Source of the DNA: Enterobacteria phage vB_EcoM_IME340
Sequence record: MH051916
Reading direction: 5' to 3' (one strand)
DNA: 64,000 nucleotides
Below the pieces are notes generated by a model. That model saw only the letters and a program-made list of their open reading frames with translations. It made no database searches and had not been told where the DNA came from. The translations under genes and the position numbers were made by a program. Of the stretch, positions 38,888 through 48,698 are shown piece by piece; position 1 is the first letter of the stretch, and each line of letters begins with the position of its first letter.

Positions 38888-41584
38888 ATGAAAGAATTTT
38901 ATATCTCTATTGAAACAGTCGGAAATAACATTGTTGAACGTTATATTGATGAAAACGGAAAGGAACGTACTCGTGAAGTAGAATATCTTCCGACTATGTT
39001 TAGACACTGTAAGGAAGAATCAAAATACAAAGACATTTACGGTAAAAACTGCGCTCCTCAAAAATTTCCATCAATGAAAGATGCCCGAGATTGGATGAAA
39101 CGAATGGAAGACATCGGTCTCGAAGCTCTCGGTATGAACGATTTTAAACTCGCTTATATCAGTGATACATATGGTTCAGAAATTGTTTATGACCGAAAAT
39201 TTGTTCGTGTAGCTAATTGTGACATTGAGGTTACTGGCGATAAATTTCCTGACCCAATGAAAGCAGAATATGAAATTGATGCTATCACTCATTATGATTC
39301 AATTGACGACCGTTTTTACGTCTTTGATTTGTTGAATTCAATGTACGGTTCAGTATCAAAATGGGATGCAAAGTTAGCTGCTAAACTTGACTGTGAAGGT
39401 GGTGATGAAGTTCCTCAAGAAATTCTTGACCGAGTAATTTATATGCCATTTGATAATGAGCGTGATATGCTCATGGAATATATTAATCTCTGGGAACAGA
39501 AACGACCTGCTATTTTTACTGGTTGGAATATTGAGGGATTTGACGTTCCGTATATCATGAATCGTGTTAAAATGGTTCTCGGCGAACGTAGTATGAAACG
39601 CTTCTCTCCAATCGGTCGAGTAAAATCTAAACTAATTCAAAATATGTACGGTAGCAAAGAAATTTATTCTATTGATGGCGTATCTATTCTTGATTATTTA
39701 GATTTGTACAAGAAATTCGCATTTACTAATTTGCCATCATTCTCTTTGGAATCAGTTGCTCAGCACGAAACCAAAAAAGGTAAATTACCATATGATGGTC
39801 CTATTAATAAACTTCGCGAGACTAATCATCAACGATACATTAGTTATAACATTATTGACGTAGAATCAGTTCAAGCAATTGATAAAATTCGTGGGTTTAT
39901 CGATCTAGTTTTAAGTATGTCTTATTATGCTAAAATGCCTTTTTCTGGCGTAATGAGTCCTATTAAAACTTGGGATGCTATTATTTTTAACTCACTGAAA
40001 GGTGAACATAAGGTTATTCCTCAACAAGGTTCGCACGTTAAACAAAGTTTTCCAGGTGCATTTGTGTTTGAACCTAAACCGATTGCTCGTCGATACATTA
40101 TGAGTTTTGACTTGACGTCTCTGTATCCTAGCATTATTCGTCAGGTTAACATTAGTCCTGAGACTATTCGTGGGCAGTTTAAAGTTCATCCAATTCATGA
40201 ATACATCGCAGGAACAGCTCCTAAGCCAAGTGATGAATATTCTTGTTCTCCGAATGGATGGATGTATGATAAGCATCAAGAAGGTATCATTCCAAAGGAA
40301 ATCGCTAAAGTATTTTTCCAACGTAAAGATTGGAAAAAGAAAATGTTCGCCGAAGAAATGAATGCCGAAGCTATTAAAAAGATTATTATGAAAGGCGCAG
40401 GGTCTTGTTCAACTAAACCAGAAGTTGAACGATATGTTAAGTTCAATGATGATTTCTTAAACGAATTATCGAATTACACCGAATCTGTTCTTAATAGTCT
40501 GATTGAAGAATGTGAAAAAGCAGCTACACTTGCTAACACAAATCAGCTAAACCGTAAAATTCTTATCAACAGTCTTTATGGTGCTCTTGGTAACATTCAT
40601 TTCCGTTACTATGATTTGCGAAATGCTACTGCTATCACAATTTTTGGTCAAGTCGGTATTCAGTGGATTGCTCGTAAAATTAATGAATACCTGAATAAGG
40701 TGTGTGGAACTGATGGTGAAGATTTCATCGCAGCAGGTGATACTGATTCTGTATATGTTTGCGTAGATAAAGTTATTGAAAAAGTAGGTCTTGACCGCTT
40801 TAAAGAACAAAATGATTTAGTTGAATTCATGAATCAGTTCGGTAAGAAAAAGATGGAACCTATGATTGATGTTGCATATCGTGAGTTATGTGATTATATG
40901 AATAACCGCGAGCATCTGATGCATATGGACCGTGAAGCTATTTCTTGTCCACCGCTTGGTTCAAAGGGTGTTGGTGGATTTTGGAAAGCGAAAAAACGTT
41001 ATGCTCTGAACGTTTATGATATGGAAGATAAACGATTTGCTGAACCGCATCTAAAAATCATGGGTATGGAAACTCAACAAAGTTCAACACCAAAAGCAGT
41101 ACAAGAAGCTCTCGAAGAAAGTATTCGTCGTATTCTTCAGGAAGGTGAAGAGTCTGTCCAAGAATACTACAAGAACTTTGAGAAAGAATATCGTCAGCTT
41201 GACTATAAAGTTATTGCTGAAGTAAAAACCGCGAACGATATAGCTAAATATGATGATAAAGGTTGGCCAGGATTTAAATGCCCGTTCCACATTCGTGGTG
41301 TGCTAACTTATCGTCGAGCTGTTAATGGTTTAGGTGTAGCTCCAATTTTGGATGGAAATAAGGTAATGGTTCTTCCATTACGTGAGGGAAATCCATTTGG
41401 TGACAAGTGCATTGCTTGGCCATCGGGTACGGAACTTCCAAAAGAAATTCGTTCTGATGTACTGTCTTGGATTGACTACTCAACTTTGTTCCAAAAATCG
41501 TTTGTTAAACCGCTTGCGGGTATGTGTGAATCGGCAGGTATGGACTATGAGGAAAAAGCTTCGTTAGACTTCCTGTTTGGCTGA
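38888..41584 (+). CDS. 43: DNA polymerase gp43
   Basis: 898 aa; MKEFYISIETVGNNIVERYIDENGKERTREVEYLPTMFRHCKEESKYKDIYGKNCAPQKF... Confidence 0.97.
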   Translation: MKEFYISIETVGNNIVERYIDENGKERTREVEYLPTMFRHCKEESKYKDIYGKNCAPQKFPSMKDARDWMKRMEDIGLEALGMNDFKLAYISDTYGSEIVYDRKFVRVANCDIEVTGDKFPDPMKAEYEIDAITHYDSIDDRFYVFDLLNSMYGSVSKWDAKLAAKLDCEGGDEVPQEILDRVIYMPFDNERDMLMEYINLWEQKRPAIFTGWNIEGFDVPYIMNRVKMVLGERSMKRFSPIGRVKSKLIQNMYGSKEIYSIDGVSILDYLDLYKKFAFTNLPSFSLESVAQHETKKGKLPYDGPINKLRETNHQRYISYNIIDVESVQAIDKIRGFIDLVLSMSYYAKMPFSGVMSPIKTWDAIIFNSLKGEHKVIPQQGSHVKQSFPGAFVFEPKPIARRYIMSFDLTSLYPSIIRQVNISPETIRGQFKVHPIHEYIAGTAPKPSDEYSCSPNGWMYDKHQEGIIPKEIAKVFFQRKDWKKKMFAEEMNAEAIKKIIMKGAGSCSTKPEVERYVKFNDDFLNELSNYTESVLNSLIEECEKAATLANTNQLNRKILINSLYGALGNIHFRYYDLRNATAITIFGQVGIQWIARKINEYLNKVCGTDGEDFIAAGDTDSVYVCVDKVIEKVGLDRFKEQNDLVEFMNQFGKKKMEPMIDVAYRELCDYMNNREHLMHMDREAISCPPLGSKGVGGFWKAKKRYALNVYDMEDKRFAEPHLKIMGMETQQSSTPKAVQEALEESIRRILQEGEESVQEYYKNFEKEYRQLDYKVIAEVKTANDIAKYDDKGWPGFKCPFHIRGVLTYRRAVNGLGVAPILDGNKVMVLPLREGNPFGDKCIAWPSGTELPKEIRSDVLSWIDYSTLFQKSFVKPLAGMCESAGMDYEEKASLDFLFG

Positions 41585-41597
41585 TAGAATAAATCTA

Positions 41598-41619
41598 GGG
41601 ACCTCCGGGTCCCTTTTTC
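41598..41619 (+). terminator. intrinsic terminator
   Basis: GGGACC-TCCG-GGTCCC then TTTTT. Confidence 0.7.
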
Positions 41620-41701
41620 ATACAAGTAATATAAATCTATACTTAGGAAAAATAGGTGATTCTGGACTTCTGGAATTCATTAAAATTTTTTTCACAAAAC
41701 T

Positions 41702-41731
41702 GTTTACAAGACTGTTCTTCCGTGGTACTAT
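41702..41731 (+). promoter_or_regulatory. early promoter with conserved leader (repeat copy B)
   Basis: GTTTAC 41702-41707, TACTAT 41726-41731; downstream leader ACAACTATCAACTGATACGGATTTGGAGAAT identical to copy at 15307-15337. Confidence 0.6.
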
Positions 41732-41765
41732 ACAACTATCAACTGATACGGATTTGGAGAATGAA

Positions 41766-42146
41766 ATGAAAATCGCTATTTTGGTTATTACATTGGGTCT
41801 TACTGGTTGTGTAGCTCAAGGACCGGTAGTAAATCAATCTGATGTAGGAAAAATTGTAAACTGTTCAAGCAAATTTTATAATCCTAATGTTAAGTGTTAT
41901 AAAGAAGCTCCAAAACAGACAGTAGAACAAATGCAGGCGAATTTTGACGAAGCTATTCGTCCAGATGAATCTGCCCAAGCATATCGTAATTCAGATGTAA
42001 TTACACGCGAAGAAAAAATTGAAAGCTACTGCGCTGAACTTTGGGCAAATTGGGCTAATAATTACCAATGGCGTACTGGTAAAAATGCTCCGATGGAGTA
42101 TGTAGTGAATTCTTATAATTCATGTGTAAAAAATTTGACTAAGTGA
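41766..42146 (+). CDS. putative lipoprotein (126 aa)
   Basis: signal peptide with lipobox LTGC; start at ATG after GGAG. Confidence 0.6.
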   Translation: MKIAILVITLGLTGCVAQGPVVNQSDVGKIVNCSSKFYNPNVKCYKEAPKQTVEQMQANFDEAIRPDESAQAYRNSDVITREEKIESYCAELWANWANNYQWRTGKNAPMEYVVNSYNSCVKNLTK

Positions 42147-42153
42147 GGAAAAC

Positions 42154-42405
42154 ATGGAAACTTTAGTAGCAGGTTCAATTTTTATGGTTTTAGTTTCAGG
42201 CGTGTTGGCTATTATTATATACATGCTTCCGTGGTTCATCGCCTTGATGCGCGGGTCAAAATCGACAGTAGGAATCTTTTTCACATCTTTACTGTTTAAC
42301 TGGTCAATCATTGGTTGGTTTATTACATTTATTTGGTCAATTGCGGGTGAAACTAAAAAATCTGTACAGCAAAATCAAGTAATTATCATCAGAGAGAAGG
42401 AATGA
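42154..42405 (+). CDS. imm: superinfection immunity protein Imm
   Basis: 83 aa, two TM helices, ...MLPWFIALMRGSKST... matches T4 Imm as recalled. Confidence 0.85.
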   Translation: METLVAGSIFMVLVSGVLAIIIYMLPWFIALMRGSKSTVGIFFTSLLFNWSIIGWFITFIWSIAGETKKSVQQNQVIIIREKE

Positions 42406-42551
42406 AAAGCAAAATTTTAGCAGTATTGCTTTTAATCTTGATGATTATAATAAGTATATACTATAGCGTAGCAGTTCCTTGTATGATTCCAACGCTTATT
42501 ATAGGTTGGAGTTTATTACTGTTACAAGTTAAATATGAATGTATCAATTGA
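42402..42551 (+). CDS. small hydrophobic membrane peptide (49 aa)
   Basis: ATGA overlap with imm stop; entirely hydrophobic. Confidence 0.4.
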   Translation: MKSKILAVLLLILMIIISIYYSVAVPCMIPTLIIGWSLLLLQVKYECIN

Positions 42552-42558
42552 GGTTTAA

Positions 42559-43299
42559 ATGATTAATGACTCTATGACAGTTGAAGAAATCCGTCTTCAT
42601 TTGGGAATTGCATTAAAGGAAAAAGATTTCGTAATTGATAAAACCGGTGTTAAAACTATTGAAATTATTGGCGCATCATTTGTAGCAGATGAACCTTTTA
42701 TTTTTGGTGCTCTTAATGACGAATACATTCAGCGTGAACTTGAATGGTATAAGTCTCAAAGTTTGTTTGTTAAAGATATTCCAGGTGAAACACCAAAGAT
42801 TTGGCAGCAGGTAGCATCTTCTAAAGGCGAAATTAACTCGAATTATGGTTGGGCCATCTGGTCAGAAGATAACTATGCCCAGTATGATATGTGTTTAGCT
42901 GAACTTGGTCAAAATCCTGATTCTCGACGTGGTATCATGATTTATACTCGTCCATCCATGCAGTTTGACTACAACAAAGATGGTATGTCAGATTTCATGT
43001 GTACGAATACAGTACAGTACCTGATTCGTGATAAGAAAGTCAATGCAGTGGTTAACATGCGTTCAAATGACGTGGTCTTCGGATTCCGTAATGATTATGC
43101 ATGGCAAAAATACGTAATAGATAAATTAGTATCTGATTTGAATGCAGGTGATTCAACTCGCCAGTATAAAGCAGGTTCTATTATATGGAATGTCGGAAGC
43201 CTTCATGTGTATTCTCGTCATTTTTATTTGGTTGACCATTGGTGGAAAACTGGCGAAACTCATATTGCGAAAAAAGATTATAACGGTGAGTGGAAATGA
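42559..43299 (+). CDS. 42: dCMP hydroxymethylase gp42
   Basis: 246 aa; MINDSMTVEEIRLHLGIALKEKDFVIDKTGVKTIEIIGASF... Confidence 0.93.
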   Translation: MINDSMTVEEIRLHLGIALKEKDFVIDKTGVKTIEIIGASFVADEPFIFGALNDEYIQRELEWYKSQSLFVKDIPGETPKIWQQVASSKGEINSNYGWAIWSEDNYAQYDMCLAELGQNPDSRRGIMIYTRPSMQFDYNKDGMSDFMCTNTVQYLIRDKKVNAVVNMRSNDVVFGFRNDYAWQKYVIDKLVSDLNAGDSTRQYKAGSIIWNVGSLHVYSRHFYLVDHWWKTGETHIAKKDYNGEWK

Positions 43300-44138
43300 T
43301 TCAATTCGTAATTCCAAGCTATCAACGCGTAGGGGCAGTTTCTGCCCTTGATATGTTTCCGACTGATTATGAACCTCATATTGTAGTACGTGAACACGAA
43401 GAAAAAGCTTATTATGACGCTTATGGGTCTAGAGCTAAAATTGTAGTTATTCCCGATGATGTAAATGGAATTGCTGGAACTCGTAAAGCAATTACTGATA
43501 TGTATGCAGGTCAACGAATTTGGATGATTGATGATGATACTACTATTCGTATGAGTTCAATGCGAAAGAAAGATGATCGTCGCTGCGTAGATAAAATTAA
43601 TCAGTTAACCCGTGAGCAGTTCTATGAATTGATTCAATACGTTGAAGATGCCATGGATTGCGGGTATTATCATGGTCATGCTCGTCTACCAATTTTTAAA
43701 ATTACTTCATCTTGGGGTAATTATCGTGAAAATTCATATGGATTCACGAATACATGGTATGATTTAGGAAAACTTACAACAGAACAAATTGGGTATGGAA
43801 AAATTGATTTATGCGAAGATATGTATGCATTTCTCAATTTAATTAATCAAGGTTATCCACATTTGGCCTTGTTCAAATATCTGGTTGTATCCGGAAAAGC
43901 ACAAGCTCCTGGCGGATGCAGCTCAATTCGTAGTAATTCTAAACATAATAGAGCGCTTGAGCAAATCAATAGAGAATTTCCAGAGCAAGCTCGTTGGAAA
44001 ACATCGAATATTGAAAAGAGAAAATCGTTGGGTGAAGAAGATGAGCCATTAAAGGTTCTTCGCATGTGTGTTTCGCGCAAAGAAAAATCAGAAGCGTTTC
44101 ATAAGTTTAATGCTATTCATCCAATAGCAGTTGATTAA
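43296..44138 (+). CDS. putative GT-A-fold glycosyltransferase at the beta-gt locus
   Basis: DxD-type motif IWMIDDDTTI; unlike T4 beta-gt N-terminus; ATGA overlap with gene 42. Confidence 0.55.
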   Translation: MIQFVIPSYQRVGAVSALDMFPTDYEPHIVVREHEEKAYYDAYGSRAKIVVIPDDVNGIAGTRKAITDMYAGQRIWMIDDDTTIRMSSMRKKDDRRCVDKINQLTREQFYELIQYVEDAMDCGYYHGHARLPIFKITSSWGNYRENSYGFTNTWYDLGKLTTEQIGYGKIDLCEDMYAFLNLINQGYPHLALFKYLVVSGKAQAPGGCSSIRSNSKHNRALEQINREFPEQARWKTSNIEKRKSLGEEDEPLKVLRMCVSRKEKSEAFHKFNAIHPIAVD

Positions 44139-44215
44139 TGCCTAAATTTATTGTGTTATAATTACCCTATCTTTAACCAGTGAGGAAAATATAATGATGC
44201 CTATGGAAAAAATGA

Positions 44216-45397
44216 ATGTCTATTGCAGATTTAAAATCCCGTTTGATTAAAGCTTCCACTTCTAAAATGACTGCTGAACTGACTACATCTAAATTCTTTA
44301 ATGAAAAGGATGTAATCCGTACAAAAATCCCAATGCTTAATATTGCTATTTCCGGTGCGATTGATGGTGGTATGCAGTCTGGTTTAACCATTTTTGCAGG
44401 TCCTTCTAAACACTTTAAATCAAATATGTCTTTGACTATGGTTGCGGCGTATTTGAACAAATATCCTGATGCAGTTTGTCTATTTTATGATAGCGAATTT
44501 GGTATCACTCCAGCTTATTTGCGATCCATGGGAGTTGACCCGGAACGAGTAATTCATACACCAATTCAGTCAGTTGAACAACTGAAAATTGATATGGTGA
44601 ATCAGCTTGAAGCTATCGAGCGTGGTGAAAAAGTTATTGTATTCATCGACTCAATCGGTAATATGGCTTCTAAGAAAGAAACGGAAGATGCCTTGAATGA
44701 AAAATCTGTGGCAGATATGACTCGTGCTAAATCACTGAAGTCATTATTCCGTATTGTTACTCCTTATTTTAGTATTAAAAACATTCCATGTGTTGCGGTT
44801 AACCATACAATTGAAACAATTGAAATGTTTAGTAAAACCGTGATGACAGGCGGTACAGGCGTAATGTATTCGGCTGATACTGTATTCATTATCGGTAAGC
44901 GCCAGATTAAAGATGGTTCTGATCTTCAGGGGTATCAATTTGTTCTAAATGTAGAAAAATCTCGTACCGTTAAAGAAAAAAGTAAATTCTTTATTGATGT
45001 TAAATTTGACGGTGGTATCGATCCTTATTCTGGATTGTTAGATATGGCTCTTGAATTAGGATTTGTAGTAAAACCTAAAAATGGTTGGTATGCTCGTGAA
45101 TTTCTTGATGAAGAAACCGGCGAGATGATTCGCGAAGAAAAATCTTGGCGCGCAAAAGATACTAATTGCACTACATTCTGGGGTCCTTTATTTAAACATC
45201 AGCCATTCCGAGATGCTATTAAACGTGCTTATCAATTAGGTGCTATTGATAGTAATGAAATTGTTGAAGCTGAAGTTGATGAATTGATTAACTCAAAGGT
45301 TGAAAAATTTAAATCTCCAGAAAGTAAAAGTAAATCAGCAGCTGATTTAGAAACTGACCTAGATCAGTTAAGTGATATGGAAGAATTTAATGAATAA
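44216..45397 (+). CDS. uvsX: RecA-like recombinase UvsX
   Basis: 393 aa; ...DLKSRLIKASTSK...GPSKHFKSN (Walker A) matches T4 UvsX as recalled. Confidence 0.95.
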   Translation: MSIADLKSRLIKASTSKMTAELTTSKFFNEKDVIRTKIPMLNIAISGAIDGGMQSGLTIFAGPSKHFKSNMSLTMVAAYLNKYPDAVCLFYDSEFGITPAYLRSMGVDPERVIHTPIQSVEQLKIDMVNQLEAIERGEKVIVFIDSIGNMASKKETEDALNEKSVADMTRAKSLKSLFRIVTPYFSIKNIPCVAVNHTIETIEMFSKTVMTGGTGVMYSADTVFIIGKRQIKDGSDLQGYQFVLNVEKSRTVKEKSKFFIDVKFDGGIDPYSGLLDMALELGFVVKPKNGWYAREFLDEETGEMIREEKSWRAKDTNCTTFWGPLFKHQPFRDAIKRAYQLGAIDSNEIVEAEVDELINSKVEKFKSPESKSKSAADLETDLDQLSDMEEFNE

Positions 45398-45728
45398 AGA
45401 TGATTTAGATTTAGAAATTATCGACGAATCCCCCTCTTCGGAGGGGGAAGAAGAAAGAAAAGAACGTCTTTTTAATGAATCTCTTAAGATAATTAAATCT
45501 GCCATGGAAAATGTTATCCAGGAGATTGTCATTAAACTAGAAGATGGTTCTACACACATTGTGTATGTGACAAAATTAGATTGGGTTGATGGAAAAGTCG
45601 TAATGGACTTTGCTGTTCTTGACCAAGAAAGAAAAGCTGAGTTAGCTCCTCATGTAGAAAAATGTATTACAATGCAACTACAAGATGCATTTAATAAAAG
45701 GTCAAAGAAAAAATTTAAATTCTTTTAA
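45390..45728 (+). CDS. 40: head vertex assembly protein gp40 (by position and size)
   Basis: 112 aa between uvsX and 41. Confidence 0.6.
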   Translation: MNKDDLDLEIIDESPSSEGEEERKERLFNESLKIIKSAMENVIQEIVIKLEDGSTHIVYVTKLDWVDGKVVMDFAVLDQERKAELAPHVEKCITMQLQDAFNKRSKKKFKFF

Positions 45729-45737
45729 GGAGTAAGT

Positions 45738-47165
45738 GTGGTAGAAATTATTCTTTCTCATCTCATATTTGATCAAGCTTATTTTTCAAAAGTTTGGCCA
45801 TATATGGATTCAGAATATTTTGAAAGTGGTCCAGCTAAAAATACATTCAAATTAATTAAATCTCATGTTAATGAGTATCATAGCGTTCCATCTATTAATG
45901 CGTTAAATGTTGCATTAGAAAATAGTTCATTTACTGAAACAGAATATTCTGGTGTAAAAACACTTATTTCAAAACTAGCCGATTCTCCAGAAGACCACAG
46001 CTGGTTAGTAAAAGAAACAGAAAAATATGTTCAGCAAAGGGCGATGTTTAATGCTACGTCTAAAATAATTGAAATTCAAACTAATGCTGAGCTTCCTCCG
46101 GAAAAACGAAATAAGAAAATGCCGGATGTTGGTGCTATTCCTGACATCATGCGCCAAGCATTATCAATTTCATTTGATAGCTATGTTGGCCATGATTGGA
46201 TGGATGACTATGAAGCACGTTGGCTATCTTATATGAATAAAGCTCGTAAGGTTCCATTTAGACTCAAAATTCTAAATAAAATTACTAAAGGCGGAGCTGA
46301 GACTGGAACACTGAACGTTTTAATGGCTGGTGTTAACGTCGGTAAGTCATTAGGTCTGTGTTCATTGGCAGCAGATTATTTACAGCTCGGTCATAATGTT
46401 CTTTACATTTCAATGGAAATGGCAGAAGAAGTCTGTGCTAAACGTATTGACGCTAATATGCTCGATGTTTCTCTTGATGACATTGATGATGGGCATATTT
46501 CTTACGCTGAATATAAAGGAAAAATGGAAAAATGGCGTGAGAAATCTACTCTCGGCCGTTTAATCGTTAAACAGTATCCTACTGGTGGAGCAGACGCTAA
46601 TACATTTCGATCGCTTTTAAACGAATTGAAGCTCAAGAAGAATTTTGTTCCAACAATCATTATTGTCGACTATCTAGGTATATGTAAATCTTGCCGCATC
46701 AGAGTTTACTCAGAAAATAGTTACACAACTGTTAAAGCTATCGCAGAGGAATTGCGTGCTCTGGCTGTTGAAACCGAAACTGTTCTTTGGACTGCAGCAC
46801 AGGTTGGTAAGCAAGCTTGGGATTCTTCTGATGTTAACATGAGCGATATTGCAGAATCCGCCGGTCTTCCAGCAACAGCCGATTTTATGCTTGCGGTCAT
46901 TGAAACCGAGGAGTTAGCAGCTGCTGAACAACAACTCATTAAGCAAATTAAATCACGATATGGTGATAAGAATAAATGGAATAAGTTTTTGATGGGTGTT
47001 CAAAAAGGAAATCAGAAATGGGTAGAAATTGAACAAGATTCTACTCCAACTGAAGTGAACGAAGTAGCAGGTTCACAACAGATACAAGCTGAGCAGAATC
47101 GCTATCAAAGAAATGAATCTACTCGAGCTCAGTTAGATGCTTTAGCAAATGAATTAAAATTTTAG
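45738..47165 (+). CDS. 41: replicative DNA helicase gp41
   Basis: 475 aa, GTG start; MVEIILSHLIFDQAYFSKVWPYMDSEYF; Walker A GVNVGKS. Confidence 0.93.
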   Translation: MVEIILSHLIFDQAYFSKVWPYMDSEYFESGPAKNTFKLIKSHVNEYHSVPSINALNVALENSSFTETEYSGVKTLISKLADSPEDHSWLVKETEKYVQQRAMFNATSKIIEIQTNAELPPEKRNKKMPDVGAIPDIMRQALSISFDSYVGHDWMDDYEARWLSYMNKARKVPFRLKILNKITKGGAETGTLNVLMAGVNVGKSLGLCSLAADYLQLGHNVLYISMEMAEEVCAKRIDANMLDVSLDDIDDGHISYAEYKGKMEKWREKSTLGRLIVKQYPTGGADANTFRSLLNELKLKKNFVPTIIIVDYLGICKSCRIRVYSENSYTTVKAIAEELRALAVETETVLWTAAQVGKQAWDSSDVNMSDIAESAGLPATADFMLAVIETEELAAAEQQLIKQIKSRYGDKNKWNKFLMGVQKGNQKWVEIEQDSTPTEVNEVAGSQQIQAEQNRYQRNESTRAQLDALANELKF

Positions 47166-47194
47166 TTTACAAGCTGACAAGACTATGGTATAGT
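47165..47194 (+). promoter_or_regulatory. early promoter
   Basis: GTTTAC 47165-47170, TATAGT 47189-47194. Confidence 0.6.
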
Positions 47195-47223
47195 AGTCTT
47201 GTTGGTTAAATGTGGAGATTGTT

Positions 47224-47415
47224 ATGGAATTAGCAAAGATTGTTTTTATTGGCTGGTTTGAAAATGGTAATATGTTTACCAAAGAAATTACTATGGATGT
47301 GTCTGATAAAGATCAAATTCTATGGGTCACTTCACAACTTGCTGAAGTTAATAAAGCTTTAGTTAAAGCATTTGTTAATGATAAAAAAGTTTTTGAATCT
47401 GATTGGCGAGGGTAA
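47224..47415 (+). CDS. dmd: Dmd (61.5), inhibitor of host RnlA/LsoA toxins
   Basis: MELAKIVFIGWFENGNMFTKEITM...AEVNKALVKAF resembles T4 Dmd as recalled. Confidence 0.8.
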   Translation: MELAKIVFIGWFENGNMFTKEITMDVSDKDQILWVTSQLAEVNKALVKAFVNDKKVFESDWRG

Positions 47416-47416
47416 T

Positions 47417-47659
47417 ATGCATACGGTTTTATTTAAACCTACTCCGTATAACGTCAGGAAAAATACTCAATTCAAAGCACTTATTGCAGATACGTGGGAA
47501 TTGGTGTTAGATATTCCAGCAGAAGAAAGTCCTCCATTTGGTCGAGTGGAATTTATTAAGTTTGCTGTGCGCCCTACGAAGCGACAGATTCGTCAATGCA
47601 AAAGATACTTTCGTAAAATAGTCAAGTTAGAGAAACAGTTATTGATGCTAGTAAAATAG
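47417..47659 (+). CDS. hypothetical protein (80 aa), 61.4 position
   Basis: TAATATG coupling. Confidence 0.5.
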   Translation: MHTVLFKPTPYNVRKNTQFKALIADTWELVLDIPAEESPPFGRVEFIKFAVRPTKRQIRQCKRYFRKIVKLEKQLLMLVK

Positions 47660-47661
47660 TA

Positions 47662-47691
47662 GTTTACAAGCTGATAGAGTTGTGTTATAGT
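47662..47691 (+). promoter_or_regulatory. early promoter
   Basis: GTTTAC 47662-47667, TATAGT 47686-47691. Confidence 0.6.
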
Positions 47692-47722
47692 AATTCTATC
47701 AGCTAATCGCGGAGAAAAGAAA

Positions 47723-47977
47723 ATGATGCTAGTTAATAGAGAATATCAGTTTAAATCAGAAGAAGATTTGGAAAAATTCGCAAGTGGTTGTGAACTGAAT
47801 AGACGCACAGCTAAAGTCATAGGATTAAAACCCTTTACAGTTCTAGATTGTGAAGTTTCTAAATTCCGCAGAGGGTGTTCTATTAGCGGTCATGCTCTGG
47901 TTGATGGGAACACATTTTTCTTTGTTTTTAGCGTCAGAGAACTTTTATTGATTAACGAACTTGAGGAAATAAAATAG
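47723..47977 (+). CDS. hypothetical protein (84 aa)
   Basis: GGAGAAAAGAAA SD. Confidence 0.5.
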   Translation: MMLVNREYQFKSEEDLEKFASGCELNRRTAKVIGLKPFTVLDCEVSKFRRGCSISGHALVDGNTFFFVFSVRELLLINELEEIK

Positions 47978-48006
47978 TTTACTTTTGTTAGAAATTGAGA
48001 TACTAT
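47977..48006 (+). promoter_or_regulatory. early promoter
   Basis: GTTTAC 47977-47982, TACTAT 48001-48006. Confidence 0.5.
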
Positions 48007-48034
48007 ATAAACATAAACTACTGGGGAGATTATC

Positions 48035-48328
48035 ATGAAAAAATTTGTTTTTGCTGCAATTTTTGCTTTAGCTTCTTGTGCTGCTCAGCCTGCTATGGCA
48101 GGTTATGATAAAGATTTGTGCGAATGGTCTATGACTGCAGATCAGACTGAGGTTGAAACTCAGATTGAAGCAGATATTATGAATATCGTTGAGCGTGATC
48201 GCCCTGAAATGAAAGCTGAAGTACAAAAACAGCTTAAGTCTGGTGGTGTAATGCAGTATAATTACGTTCTGTATTGTGATAAAAACTTCAATAATAAAAA
48301 TATCATCGCTGAAGTGGTAGGTGAATAA
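48035..48328 (+). CDS. sp: Spackle (61.3), periplasmic superinfection-exclusion protein
   Basis: 97 aa, signal peptide; MKKFVFAAIFALASCAAQPAMAGYDKDLCEWSMTADQTEVE... matches T4 Sp as recalled. Confidence 0.85.
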   Translation: MKKFVFAAIFALASCAAQPAMAGYDKDLCEWSMTADQTEVETQIEADIMNIVERDRPEMKAEVQKQLKSGGVMQYNYVLYCDKNFNNKNIIAEVVGE

Positions 48329-48340
48329 TTAGAGGTTAGT

Positions 48341-48697
48341 ATGTATAGTTCTGAATTTTCATATTTAAAAATGGAAAAAATTTCATACGATTTTATAGAT
48401 GAAAAGGTTTATTACAGTTTCCATGAACCACGTTTTAATAGTGAGGTTGGGTTTATTGTAGTAAAAGACAATTTTATTTTAAAAATATATTCGGCGTTAA
48501 AGGATTTTCACTACGAAAATATTAACCTAAAATTTGATAAAGAAAACGTTCGAAATTGTGCAGTAACAATTACAGGAAATAAAGATACATGTGTTATGCT
48601 ATCTGATGAAATTAATGATTTGCTAAATGACGCAGAAAGGGTTGCTATTCCATCAATTGATGACCAAATTTTTAATGCTTTTATGAATAGAGGTTAA
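48341..48697 (+). CDS. hypothetical protein (118 aa), 61.2 position
   Basis: ORF-track CDS. Confidence 0.5.
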   Translation: MYSSEFSYLKMEKISYDFIDEKVYYSFHEPRFNSEVGFIVVKDNFILKIYSALKDFHYENINLKFDKENVRNCAVTITGNKDTCVMLSDEINDLLNDAERVAIPSIDDQIFNAFMNRG

Positions 48698-48698
48698 T

